In this document: piece by piece, positions 26,234 through 38,120 of the stretch | Numbering within the stretch: the stretch's first letter is position 1 | How the letters are laid out: every line of letters starts with the position of its first letter | Origin: Bigelowiella natans CCMP2755 | Taxonomy: Eukaryota; Protista; Cercozoa | NCBI GenBank assembly: GCA_000320545.1 | Contig: ADNK01003127.1 | Location: forward strand, 1 to 54,041 | DNA: 54,041 nucleotides | Direction of reading: 5' to 3' | Notes under the pieces: model-generated | What the model was told of the DNA's origin: nothing | Database searches by the model: none | What the model saw: the letters and a program-made list of their open reading frames with translations, nothing else | Made by a program: the position numbers and the translations under genes

Positions 26234-26319
26234 TGAAGGCACTTCAAGCACACGTAGCAAGGTAGTAGACTGCCGTGAAGGCACTTCAAGCACACGTAGC
26301 AAGGTAGTAGACTGCCGTG
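26234..26319. repeat. 42-bp tandem duplication spanning a stop codon
   Basis: TGAAGGCACTTCAAGCACACGTAGCAAGGTAGTAGACTGCCG occurs at 26234 and 26276. Confidence 0.92.
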
Positions 26320-27588
26320 TTCGAGTAGAAGGGGTTCGGATCCGAGAACGCCCATTCTTTGGCCTTGCCGCTGCTGCTCTCCAGGTCCACCGTGAAGTTG
26401 GTTGCATATTGGTAGCTGTCGCCCCACAAGCACACACACACACAAACCAACAACAACACCAACGATACCAGCATCTCAAATATTAGTCATAGCCGATAAG
26501 AAAGAGCAGCAGTGGGGATATACAACAACCAACAACATCAATAACAACAACAACAATAATAATAATAATACTAATACCCCTGATCATAAGGAGCCGTCGT
26601 TGGGAAGGCCTCGGTACTGTTGTATCGGTACAAAGTGCACTGCTGCCCATGCTCAAGGCCTGAGAGGTCCACGGACACGTTTCCGTGGACGACGCAGGGC
26701 TTCTCAAAGATACGCACGTTCGGCTCGTAGTCGATGTCGATGGTGAGGGAGACGTGAGGCAGGACTGGCCCCTCGCGGCTGCTGCTGGAGCTATTGCTTT
26801 GCTGTTGTTGCTTGCGAGCGTTCTTGGTCGCAGCCGTCCCTTTGACTGCGAGACCGTATGTCACATCCTCGTCGAAGCAGGGGTACCTACAGCAGGCAGT
26901 AGTAGTAGCAGCAGCAATTTGGAGTAAGTGCTCCCGTCAGAATGAGTTGGAGGGGCCGGGAGAGGGGGGGGGGAGACGTGGGACCAACATGCCTCACTCA
27001 CACGCCCGATTCACACGCAGGCATGCATGCACGCACGCACGCACGCACGCACGCACACCACAATCCTCGGTGTGAAACAAGCAGCACGGACATCTCATTC
27101 TTGCCGAATCCAGGCTGTGCTATTGCACAGTTCCCGTCCATCTTCTCAGAGTCCTGCAGCGTCTCCATTCTAAGAACAGCAATGAACACCGTCAGCATCC
27201 ATGCAGAGGATGGGGAGACCACAACAATCCACTACTAAAAGACGACATACTGTCTACTAATTCAATCAGAGAGCTGAAGGTGTAGTGTAAGTATAAAATG
27301 CCTCCAACCGCATGCTATCTACCACCTGCGGAAGTAAGGCATCATGTCCTGGTCGCTGGCGTGCAAGATCACATCGTCGTCGTACACCGTTGCGTCATCG
27401 AGGGAGGCGTTTGTGAAGATTCCAAATATTGGCTCCACATGATCACAGGTGCCGCCGTTGGGGCATGAACCCTCATCCTCCGGTGACGAGCGATCTGGTG
27501 TTAATGTAGTAGATGAGAGCGGGTTTATTAACTTATGCATGTAAAATATATAAAAAATATGATATGTACATATGCACATGTATACATA

Positions 27589-27627
<39 letters not shown>

Positions 27628-28265
27628 GTGTGTAGCATTTATTTCATTCATTTAATTGATGATTGTTTACTGACAGCATTTGTGTCCGTCGCCTTTGCAC
27701 ATAGGAAAGAACACAATCGGGTTGCCTCCCACAAGATGCGCCTTCAGCCATGCTTTGAATCCCGCAGCTTGGGGGGAGGGCTGGGTGTAGTCCCACTCAT
27801 CATAATCGAGCTTGAGCTTCTCCGCGGTGAATGCCACATTGATCGGCATCACCTCCTGTGAACGTGAAAGGAATCGGTTACTTACACAACCAAGAAAAGA
27901 AGAACTGTTGGATTTTCATTCTCATTCTCATTTTCATCGTTTATTACGTATCCCAATCGCGTGTTTCCGTGCATATCATGAGGCCCAGAGCTCTCGCGGT
28001 TCGCCTTCCTGACAAGATCCTGCGAAACATAGACGCCATGGGCGAGTGCACACTGCTGTGTGGACCATGCTCCACAAAAGCCCCCGTCGTAGTTCCATTG
28101 CTGACCAGGGGAGGGGCCTCTGATCACCACGCTGTGAGATGCTTGAGGAGGGCTGCAGGATCCAGGAGCAACGCACTCCCCGCTGTCTGCTCGCCGAATG
28201 GCGGTGGCTACAGCAGGGAGGAGGAGGGGGAGGAGAACGTAAGAGCGGGGGGTAGAGGCGGGCAT
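26286..28265 (-). CDS. Secreted uncharacterised protein, possible C39/papain-like cysteine peptidase fold; multi-exon
   Basis: Signal peptide YVLLPLLLPAVATA; QQWNYDGGFCGAWSTQQCAL...VSQDLVRKA; FKAWLKAHLVGGNPIV; DHVEPIFG; last exon FSDPNPFYSNTAVYYLATCA*. Exons are bounded by GT/AG. Confidence 0.7.
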
Positions 28266-28486
28266 GCTTCCTTTCTAAGAATGGGCGACATACGTTTTGG
28301 ATAAAAAATATCAGATATATCTGGTATACTTTGATGTAGAGGAGAAACCGCAAACAAGCAACAGGACCGGCAGCACAACAAGATATTTGTCGCTCCAGAC
28401 AAGCGGGTATAGGCTAGGTCAAACCCAGCACAAATTCTTATCTATGCACGCCCGGCGCCATAGCTTGCGAATTTACATACTGCGAC

Positions 28487-30688
28487 ATGGATTATCTTTG
28501 TCGCAGTATGAAGATAGATCGTAAACTCTGCGAAAAGCGGGACAGAAAGGCGTTTGTTTCCAGCACAAATCACATCTCCTCCTTCCAGTTCCGTCCCCTC
28601 CTCGTAAGAATGAGCAAACGCCTTCGCGATGAAGAGGCACAGTCACTGCGGAACAAGTTATTCCCGGTAAGCACCGTATCAGTGGAAAGTGGTGGGAAAG
28701 AAAATGGTTTCGCCCTTCCACCCGCCGTTTTTCTGAAGGCAAATCAACTAACTTCAGAGCAAGAATCAGCAGCAGGCTAATAAGAAAGTGGGGACTATAG
28801 GAAACTACGCGGAAGTCGAGAGGATACCTGACTACACGAAGGATGTAATGAAACTTCGAGCATCCGAATCTTTGCACGCGTCCACTCACAGCAACCTTTT
28901 AACGTACAGAACGTCAGGAAGATCACCCAATTTTTAATTGACGAATTGGAGGGTCGAAGCACGTTCTCCGAGTATGTTGACATAAAGAACAATCCAGTCG
29001 CAACTACTGACTACCCAGCTCTCTCTCTCCCCTCCCCCGTGCTTTTACCTAGATCAAAGATTTCTGAGCTCAGCTGGAAGTCATTCGCGAAACTCTGTGA
29101 GGTAGTAGCAAAAGTAGTACAAATAGTAGTAGTAGTAGTAGTAGTGTAAATGCAAAGATGATCCGTAGGTAGCAAGCAATCACGTCGTATTGAAAATTTC
29201 TTGTTAGCGCCTTTTATGGGGAAACCAGTGTTTGGCCGGTATACCTCGTCGCGCGGCATCTCATTTGTTGGGTGTTTTCGATTCAAGCGCATAGTCATAA
29301 TTTATGAAATATTCCCATGTTATTGTGCATTCTATGCATCCTTGTCTTCGCGCAATTGCTCTTGCTCCCTCTCTGTTCTTTGCGCTGCTCAACAGGCGGC
29401 AGGATGCGATCAGATAAAGGCCAAGACGCTGTGGTCGCAAACAGACAAGGACAACTCAGGTGATGAAGAATTAGAAAGAAGCCAGAAATGCTTCATTTTA
29501 ATGTTTGGCTTTGGAGGTTGTCATCAAGATGCGGTTGAAGATTCATCCTGCAATTGCCATCTGTTGTCTTTGCCATCCCCTCCCCCTCTCCCCCCCTCCC
29601 CCCCCGCGCCCCCACAAATATCACGTATGATTCGATCCTCGCAATTGCCGATCATTATTATCTGTTTCTTTCCAACAACAAAAAACAGGCACCCTCGATA
29701 GAGAGGAATTCTTCCAGTTTTGCGCACGGAGGGACATTTACCCGACAGTGGCAAAGATGGCAGGTTTCATTTCTTGCGGCCGCCGTGTTTGTTTATAATA
29801 GAAAGGGAGGGGATGCAGCAGTGAGATTGTTATCCTGAAAAATGATGATGATGATGCGTGAATTTGTTGGTCACTCCGGAAACGTGGTGAGAACATCTTC
29901 GGCGGTTTCTTCGTCCATATATGTTGATCATCCCACAACCACCAATCATGGTTGGTTGTTGGCATGCAGTCGTCTGTAAGGAGCGTATGATTGCCCTGAA
30001 GAAGCGAAAGATGGCTGCTGACGAGTTGTTTGATTTCTTGGACAAGAACAACGACAATATGGTAATAACCACTGCATGATGACGGTGGTGTGATTAGAGT
30101 CATCCTCGTCATCATCGTCGTCGTTTATCTTGGTCTTGAGCGCAAATAGAGGCGCAATAGAGCGTAGTGCCCAAGCTAGACGTGAAAGCGCCTCCGGCCT
30201 ATTGTAAAAGAAGTGGGTGGTGGTTATGCATTTCCATCTTACACCTACGCTTCATATCCTGCACTTTGTGCATCGTCCCTCCCTCCCCCTTCCCTCTCTC
30301 CCTCCCTCCTCATCAGCTCTCATGGGAAGAGTTTAAGGTCCTGTGTAAAGGAGCTGGATGCAGTCCGCAGCAAGGTGAGGGCGGGCTGAGTATGTGTTCG
30401 GAATGATGCCGATAACGAAGATGGGGGGGGGGGGAGGTACCGGCTGAAGTGGAGGAGGGGATGGAACGAGGATGCTGCAGAGTACCTGCATTGACTTCAA
30501 ATAGCCGCCTTTGCTGATACGCATCATCATCATCCTCCCCCTGCTGAACGTTTGCACGTGTAGCCATATCGGGGTGGAGCGTGGCAGATGAAGATGACAG
30601 CGGGAGTCTCGATCGTGATGAGTTCCGGAAATTCGCGACGAGCAACACGTGCTGGCCTGGTTGATTGATTCATTTTGTCCTGCTTCCT

Positions 30689-30724
<36 letters not shown>

Positions 30725-30810
30725 GCTCTCTCTCTTCGTCTCTGAATACCGTCCCACCTTCTGGCGATTTCCTACCCACAACTTTCCAGTTCTTTTGTGC
30801 TGCCGTATCC

Positions 30811-30841
<31 letters not shown>

Positions 30842-31423
30842 CGAGCGTATCTCTGTAAGTACGCGGTAATAATTATGAATGAATGTGTGTCGTCGTCAGT
30901 CATGGCAAAGCTGCATAGCCAAGTGCAGCACATGAAACTGGTCAATGTCAAACCGATGTCCAACACTATATTTGAGGAGCTTCAGGTTGCTGCTGCTGCT
31001 GCTGCTATACGAGCATAGCTTGTTCCTACATCGTTGCGTTCCAACGTTATGAAGATGATGATGATGAGAAGGAGGAGGAGGAGGAGGACTTAGATGAGAA
31101 TGCAACCGAATTCGCCTGCTCTGATATCATAGTTATTCTTCGCGTCGTCCTGTTTTCCCTCGTCGTTGTTGTCATTGTCATCGCCATCGTCGTGGCCCCT
31201 TTCCTGTGTGTAAGTGAGTCAGTGAGTGAGTGAGTGTGTGTGTGTGTGTGTGTGTGTGAATGTTCCTCAACAAGCAGCTACCAAGTGCACGTATGGTGTT
31301 CTAAGCTCGTAATGAAGCAGCCTTCTCTTACGATGGTGTGCGTGCTTCTTCGCTTGTGTGTTGTTATTCATCCAGAAACAATACCCTGATATGGAGAGCC
31401 TCGATGAACTCACCTTCGACCAG

Positions 31424-31473
<50 letters not shown>

Positions 31474-31892
31474 CGTGTGTGTGTGTGTGTGTGTGGAGAG
31501 AGGTGGACGAGCCAGTGACAAACCAATGGATGATTGCTTGCACATATACAGTTTGCGGCCTTGTGCAAAGTGGCAGGCGCAACGAGCACTGTAAAGGCGA
31601 ACGAGCTCTTCAAATCGGTACCTGTAGTAGTAGTAGTAGTAGTTGTTGTTGTTGTCGTAGGAGAGGGGTGGTTGCGTAACGGAAGGGGGGCGGGGAAGGA
31701 ACTAGGAGGAACGGGAGGAGGAGGAGGAGGAGGGAGAAGTAGACATGATGTAAGTGCACAAAGCAGAAGGTTTGGGCTGTGGTGAGTAGTATTCGTAGTG
31801 CTAATACCACGCAGCAGGTAAGGCAATGATCGTGTTGGGGTGGTAAATGTTCTGCTTTGTCTCCTTTGTAAAGGTGCAGTGTAATAATTAAG

Positions 31893-31968
<76 letters not shown>

Positions 31969-32049
31969 ACAGAGCGACGAGGATCAGAGCGGCACAATAT
32001 CACGTAAAGAATTCGCTTACTTCTGTGCTCGGAGGTATTTGTGGTCAAG

Positions 32050-32096
<47 letters not shown>

Positions 32097-32602
32097 CTGC
32101 ATTGATGTGACATATACCTATACACGGATGCTGGAACTTACTTCTGCACAGCGCGCGTACTTCTACAAAGCGCACGCGCAGAGAAAAGCATTGCTGAACT
32201 ATTTTGAGCCTGGTTTCACCCGCCTTTGCGTTTTCCTGCACTATGCAGAGACGTGTACCCTGTCATCAAAAAGATACATGCTCACATCAAAGCAAAGAAA
32301 AAGAAAAGCGAGGAGGAAGAGGTGAGAAACAGGAGCGTGTGTGAGCCATTGCATGTGTTACTATATCAGCTTCACAACAGCAGGGGTTACTAAGAATACT
32401 TTTCCATTTTCGCCTACACAATGCATGCTTTCTATCTGTGCGAGGGAGGAAGAGAAACGAAGTACATTTGCTTATATATTTACGTTATCGAAAAGACCTT
32501 ACTGATGAGGGAATCCGTCACATTCCTTTGTCGCGTGTTCTCAATTCTTGCGCAGTTAGCTGACACCTTCTCCTTGCTAACATTCAGAAAGCAGGAGAAT
32601 AG
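28487..32602 (+). CDS. Multi-EF-hand calcium-binding protein built from tandem modules; start approximate
   Basis: EF loops DKDNS|GTLDREE, DKNNDNM|LSWEE, DEDDSGSLDRDE, DEDQSGTISRKE. Repeated flanks FCARRDIYPTVAKM and FCARRDVYPVIKKI. Predicted last exon KAGE* (TAG 32600-32602). Confidence 0.75.
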
Positions 32603-33346
32603 TAGGACGAGTTTCTTTGATAGTCGAAGACGTAGCTGCATTGCCCGACGATATTGTTCGCTCGTAGCCATCATGAGCGCTTACGCAAAAAAGTCTTATG
32701 TTGTCCATCACCGCATCTAAGGTTGTAGGTACAATGATATATGCACAGACCATTGTCCTGCTGACTGCTGCTGAAAGAGAGAGTACCTTGGAGTAGCTGC
32801 ACTTCCATCGCATACGTCATCAGAGACTGACTATTGTACTGCTAGGCATTGTCGCATGCATGTGTGTAGACATATTGATGTGTAATAATGCGTACGAGTC
32901 AGGTGCCGCGCTTTACAGCGTATGTAAATTGCAGTGTAGTGGTTTCCATGTCTACTCCACTATATAGTAGTACACTTGCAGATTCTATAATTCCGCAGAA
33001 GCGATATAGGCGATAGCGCATTCGTGCGGCACATAGATATACAGATATGCTGTACACAGTGAAAGCAGAGATGTCTAGGTGCGACATGCGACATGCTAGC
33101 ATGTGTATATGCAATAATGATCGATGCGCCGCAGCTCGATAAGCAAGCTCTATGCTACATGCATGCACGCTGTTCTAGTCTAGTAGTGCTTTGTGGTTTA
33201 TCCTACCTACATTTATAACAATAATAACAACAGCTTCATTAAGTCAAAAACTTGCGACGGCAATATTAAGCGGGGCGATGACCGCACGCATTAAGTACGT
33301 TTCTAGCTTCAATACGTTGCTGGATTGCCGAGTTGTCTGCATAGCA

Positions 33347-34602
33347 TTATCTCCCCTCTTTCGGAATGACGTAGACCCGGCCATCCTCATCGTGTGGAAG
33401 CTCAGGATGTATGAGCACTGTGGGTTGTGGCAGGGGCATCAACTCTATCTCCCGTAGACATAGTCCTTCCGCAGGACACATGCGCCACTTGGGGCTGTGG
33501 TGTTCGAATTCCCCTTGCGGATTTAGCATCTCCGATAAGTAGGATACGTCGAAACGGTTCCTTCCAGCAGCTAGTATGGCCCCGACGATATGTCTGACTT
33601 GGTGATACAAGAACCCCCTCCCCTTCACAGTGAACACCAGCCCGTTTTCAACGGGCTCGATCGCGATGTTTTCGACCGTCTTGATGGTCGAGACCTTGCG
33701 CTTCGCGAGTGTTGCGCTCTTCATGCTCGAGTAGTGGATGAAGTCGTGTTGTCCCACAAGCACCTTGGCCGCTTCCAGCATTCTATTCATGTCCAGCGCA
33801 TTCGGCATGTGCATCTTGTCAAACCTCTCCACGGGCTGCATGATCGCCCCGGAGTAGACCTTGTATTCATACGTCTTGGACTTGATGTGTATCAACGGAT
33901 GGAAGTCGGGGGGGACCCATTCCGCCGCATACACCTGCAGCGAGTCGGGAAGCACAGCGTTCAAGGCCCTCTGAAGTGTGCCCTCGTCCAGACAGCGATG
34001 CGAATAGAATGAAACCACTTGATCCCTTGCGTGGACGCCCACGTCGGTTCTACTCGCCCCCCGAAGATGCACGTCTCCAACGTCTATTTTCAAAATCTTA
34101 GCGATTGCACCCTCGATTGTCTGTAAGTCGAAATTTGAGAATCAAAACCTAGGACAACAGTTTCTACATGCCAAACTACAACTGGAGGGGGAGGGAGGTG
34201 GAGAAGGAGGAGGAGGAGCCAGGAACGCACCTGTTGCACCGTTGGTACCATCATCTCTTTTCTTCTATGGCGCTGAGCTTGGAAGCCATTAAATAGGGAT
34301 CCGTCGTATCCGACGCGGAGCACGTACTGATAGCTGCGATAAGAGTACCCTTCCACGTCGTTCCTGAATAGGACTTGTTTGGACGTTTTCTTCGACAGCG
34401 ACGGAGCTCTGCATCTTGATTTTAGGTCATAATATGTGAGTCGCCCGTGTAGCCAGGGCATAAGAAACATCAGCAACAGTAGCAGCAGCAGCCAGAGAAG
34501 GAACAAAGGGATCCTCCTCGACGACGGCCCCGGCTCCTGCTGCGATGATGATGAGGCTGATGATGACGATGACGAGGAATACAGCGACGACGGCACTATC
34601 AT
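33347..34602 (-). CDS. truA: tRNA pseudouridine(38-40) synthase TruA, putatively plastid targeted; 2 exons
   Basis: LRVGYDGSLFNGFQAQ...PTVQQ|TIEGAI...GASRTDVGVHARDQV, KTYEY, LVGQHDF, GRGFLYHQVRHIVG, CPAEGLCL. Hydrophobic signal-like segment LFLLWLLLLLLLMFLM. Confidence 0.93.
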
Positions 34603-34907
34603 AGGTGCACACGATATTCCTCGACTTAATTCTCACTACATGAACGATGGGCTCCCTGTGATCTTCCCGGCCCGGTTCCTGGCAGCCTCGCGGGCGACGA
34701 GCCCGGGCGAGGGGGAACTCTAGCAAGGAAAATCTATTTTCCTAGGATGTTTTTGGTTGATACATGTCAAGATATCTTGATATGATCTTACAAATCTCGA
34801 CGCGTTTTGCTGGCATCTAGGGAGATAGTGCGAAAATTATACACACTTATATATCCTAAATAATATGTTTAAAATTGATCAATCCCGGCTGACAATTCCG
34901 AGCCATT

Positions 34908-36520
34908 ATGAGGACGGGGAGGAGGAGGAGGAGGATCCTCGAGGTGCCATTGCACACAGAACCGCCTGCGCCTTGTCTTTGATTTAGGGAACATGGGCTG
35001 TTCGGTTTAAACATCGAAGTAGGGGGGAGGAGATCGAGGAGAAGGAGGGAAGAGAAGACAGTTGAACGACGAATGAAGGATCGACGTGCCTTCTATGTAT
35101 TGCTGATTGTTTATTCACATACACATCCAGAGCTTTCCGTGCCTGGCTAGAGTCTCTCGCACAAGTACATGCAAAGGAATAGCATCGTCAAGCACAACAC
35201 TTGCCCTGCTTATGCTCCTCGCTATTGGAGGGACATTCAAGATGACGGCTACGTCGCTTCTTTCCGGCACTGCTATTCCGACTCGATGCTCTCCCTCTTC
35301 TTTCGCAACGAAGATGAGATTAGGACTAGCTCTAGGGAAATCTACTCGCCGTCATTTTGCCATTTCCCGGGTCGTTCCATGCCTAAAAAGTGATCCTGTC
35401 CGTAGTCCAATGAAGCATCCACTAACCGCCCCCCCCACGTAGGATTGCGTTGGCGATGGCAAGTTAGGAACAACGTGGCTTCGGACTCACGCTGGGCACA
35501 CCTCATTAGAGAGCCAAAGCCGGGATCAACAACCAGCTCCAAGAGATGTACTCGTGATTAGCATGGAGGTCAGTTGAGTTGCATATATCTACAGCAAATT
35601 CCCTTAACCAAGTTCTCGCTGCATCAGAACGTGCTCATGCCAGCAAAGGGTTCTTCTAGTGACGGTTTATTTAAAGGAATACACTATGCGCTCAGCGGGT
35701 CAGTCAAACATTTTCACAAAGTAACTGCGACCACTAACATCATCCACCCCAGGTGCGGGATGCCGTACTACGTGATCACATCAGAAACTAAGGAAGATGC
35801 AAGTTCCAAGTTAACGTCTCAGGGGAACCTTTTGGAAGATTTTACTGCTGATTCGCCACGACTGTACGCATCGCCTGATAGACTGCAAGCCTTGCTCCAA
35901 GTCTCCGGTGCGGTGCCTGAATAGAAATTCGTGCATACCAAAACTCAGCTAATGAAATTATTATTATCTTCATAGAACGAGTGCCCGCAGGATCACGACT
36001 CCACTTTGTCGACAGCGATCCCAAGGAAAATTTGCCTTTTCACTTCGACACGAGGAGAGATTCAGCTATATGTTCATTTGCCGTTTGGTGTGTTTCCTAA
36101 ATTAGGTTTTGGAAGAGGCAGCAAAGGCGCTTATTCCTGGCATACGTCTGTACAGGGCAATGTGGAGCAACGAGGGTTTTAGCACGGATGAAGTCGGAGG
36201 GTCGTACCTGCAACAACCATATCAGGTGCGTCTGTGGTGCCAAAGACGATTTATCTAAATTAATGGCGCCATGATCGCGGTTTGCACTTGGTGACCTTTC
36301 CATTACCAGCTCGACTATTCGCTCGATTATAGGCGTCACATTTCTGTCGCCGTTTGTTGTTTGGTGGTCAGTGTATTGGACTTACGGAATTTGTTGAGCT
36401 TTCAAAAATGGGCATTATAATGGCGTATGGAATCGATAGCCATCGACAGTACGCTTTGGAGCAACTGTACCGCAACCCCTCTAAATCCTAATTGCAGGTT
36501 GTCATTAAAAGGCCACTGCC
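34908..36520 (+). CDS. Divergent HAD-like protein (cyanobacterial/plastid HAD-type C-terminus); multi-exon, boundaries uncertain
   Basis: Exons LFKGIHYALSG|CGMPYYVITSETKEDA..RLQALL..RVPAGSRLHFVDSDPK|VLEEAAKALIPGIRLYRAMWSN..CIGLTEFVEL resemble the YIVTTK...LHFVEDRLATL...LYLxxWGYN family pattern. No N-terminal DxD motif was found. Confidence 0.4.
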
Positions 36521-36620
36521 TGCACCGGCTTCTTATAAAATCTGTCTAGCTAAGCTAACAACCAATCATTTATACATTAGTTCAGCTAACAGACATGGCT
36601 AGATGGTGATGATGTACCTA

Positions 36621-36927
36621 CGAGACGGATGATGAAGTAATTATACTTTATATTTCAATAAATAGTCTTAGTCATCCTAATGTAGCTGTGCAAAGCTGCG
36701 GTTAAATACTATGTGTCTATAAATAATGAATATGGCTATGCTCTGTCTAGCCTGTGTCCACTCGCGCTTGCGTACGATGTAACGCTACACACACACAATG
36801 CAGCGTGATACATAAAGCTGTATAGCCATGCACGGACATGCCGCCGATCATGCACTGCTTACACGTACTGGTCTACATGAGGATGACCATTAAATAGATT
36901 TAATTTGATTCATTACACCCGTCTTAC
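36621..36927. repeat. Inverted pair of the dispersed repeat (MITE-like, ~305 bp)
   Basis: GAGACGGATGATGAA...GTCATCCTAATGTAG (36621-36684) is the imperfect reverse complement of CTACATGAGGATGACC...TTCATTACACCCGTCTT (36873-36925). Confidence 0.55.
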
Positions 36928-37258
36928 GCACTTGCGGTCTAATAGTACGTAGCAGAGCGCGCTACGTTTCACCATTCCAGTGATGGAGACGGGCACCAGC
37001 GCACGAGTGCATGAATGAAATCTGCCTATTTGATCTAACGATTTGTGCTAAATCGTGCACTGCGCAATGCTACCTGCAAAGCCACGCAGCGCGTGATGCA
37101 CACCAAAAAGTGTACGTCACAGCGCTAGCAAATAGCTGCATTTTGTTTGTCCATATTTATTAAAAGAAAAATCGTTAATTTGCAATAAAACTGCCATTCC
37201 TTTTTATGAAGACCCTGATTCCTAGATAATCGCTGCCTTTGATTATCATTGTCTGGGG

Positions 37259-37328
37259 TGCTCCTTTTCAGCCAAACCTTATCTTCTGCTTGAAGTTTCA
37301 AGGTTCGGCATCATGATTTGTAATAGCA
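37259..37328 (-). promoter_or_regulatory. Eukaryotic type II SECIS element
   Basis: ATGAT-GCCGAACCTT-G-AAA-CTTC-AAGCA-GAAG-AT-AAGGTTTGGC-TGAA (37314-37267). It has the AUGA/UGA kink core, a 10-bp helix II, unpaired AAA and an apical mini-helix, and lies ~55 nt after the stop of a UGA-containing gene. Confidence 0.92.
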
Positions 37329-37370
37329 GTGTAATTTACAATTAAACGATGTGATACTAGACCACGGAAC

Positions 37371-38120
37371 TTAGAGCTTAGCCAATGCGGCGTAGGCGTC
37401 GCCATTGTAGTTCATCACAACTTTTCCTTCCTTGTCCACGACACACATGTGTGGAATGTATCTCAGGCCTGAAAATCCACATCATAACCTTGTGACAAAT
37501 GCGAATAAGATGAACGTTTGTATATTTACCGTATTGGTTGATCTCAGGGACGCGACCCTGAAGATGGATGACCTAGACGAAGGTAGCACATTGTTGATTG
37601 TCAGCTCGCAGTGTTTTCCGCGTTAACAGATAAGTCTAATGAGCGAAACCCTGAGGACCTTGTCAGAAATTTTTTTCTTATTAGCAAACTTGACCGCGTT
37701 TGCCATGTCTTGTTCAATCTGCGAGAAAAACGTTTGGTAATGTGTGAGCGACGTAAAGACCTCGACCATTTGTTTTGGAACTTGGAAGTATTATTACACA
37801 AACAAGGATGTATTTCGCATCGACTTTTCCCTCCTCCGCAGCTTTGGAAAGCTTTTCGGCAGCTGGACCGCAACTGGGTCACCAACTAGTGTAGAAGTCG
37901 ATGATCGCGGGCACGCTCCCCCCAACGTAGTCGGAGAGCTTCACCTCCTTCTTATCTGCGATATTCTGCACATTTAACACACGCACACACACACACACAC
38001 ACCGTAAGACCGGCACCACGCATACATACACCGCAGGAAAGTAGGAAGGCTTTGCGTAAAGACCTTGAGAGTCATATCAACGAATTGCTTCCCAACGAGG
38101 GCTTCAGGTCCTTTCGACAT
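37371..38120 (-). CDS. Thioredoxin-fold (TlpA/AhpC-TSA-like) selenoprotein with UxxC motif, 141 aa, 5 exons
   Basis: Exons 38120-38064, 37965-37798, 37718-37659, 37572-37530, 37468-37371, all GT-AG and in phase. Protein: MSKGPEALVGKQFVDMTLK NIADKKEVKLSDYVGGSVPAIIDFYTSW-U-PSCGPAAEKL...YGLRYIPHMCVVDKEGKVV...AKL*. In-frame TGA at 37881-37879. Confidence 0.9.

Noticed and set aside
26234-26319. CRISPR-like direct repeats
   Set aside because: Only two adjacent copies, no spacers, no cas genes, eukaryotic context.
31410-32102. 230-aa minus-strand ORF and similar low-complexity ORFs (poly-LS, HT, ER, YI)
   Set aside because: Translations of intronic microsatellites.
37879-37881. TGA as a pseudogene nonsense mutation or alternative genetic code
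   Set aside because: It sits at the redox Cys position, downstream exons are intact and a SECIS is present. TGA is a normal stop in other genes here (24876, 42530).
37601-37889. 92-94 aa ORFs on both strands
   Set aside because: Wrong-frame or antisense to the spliced selenoprotein.
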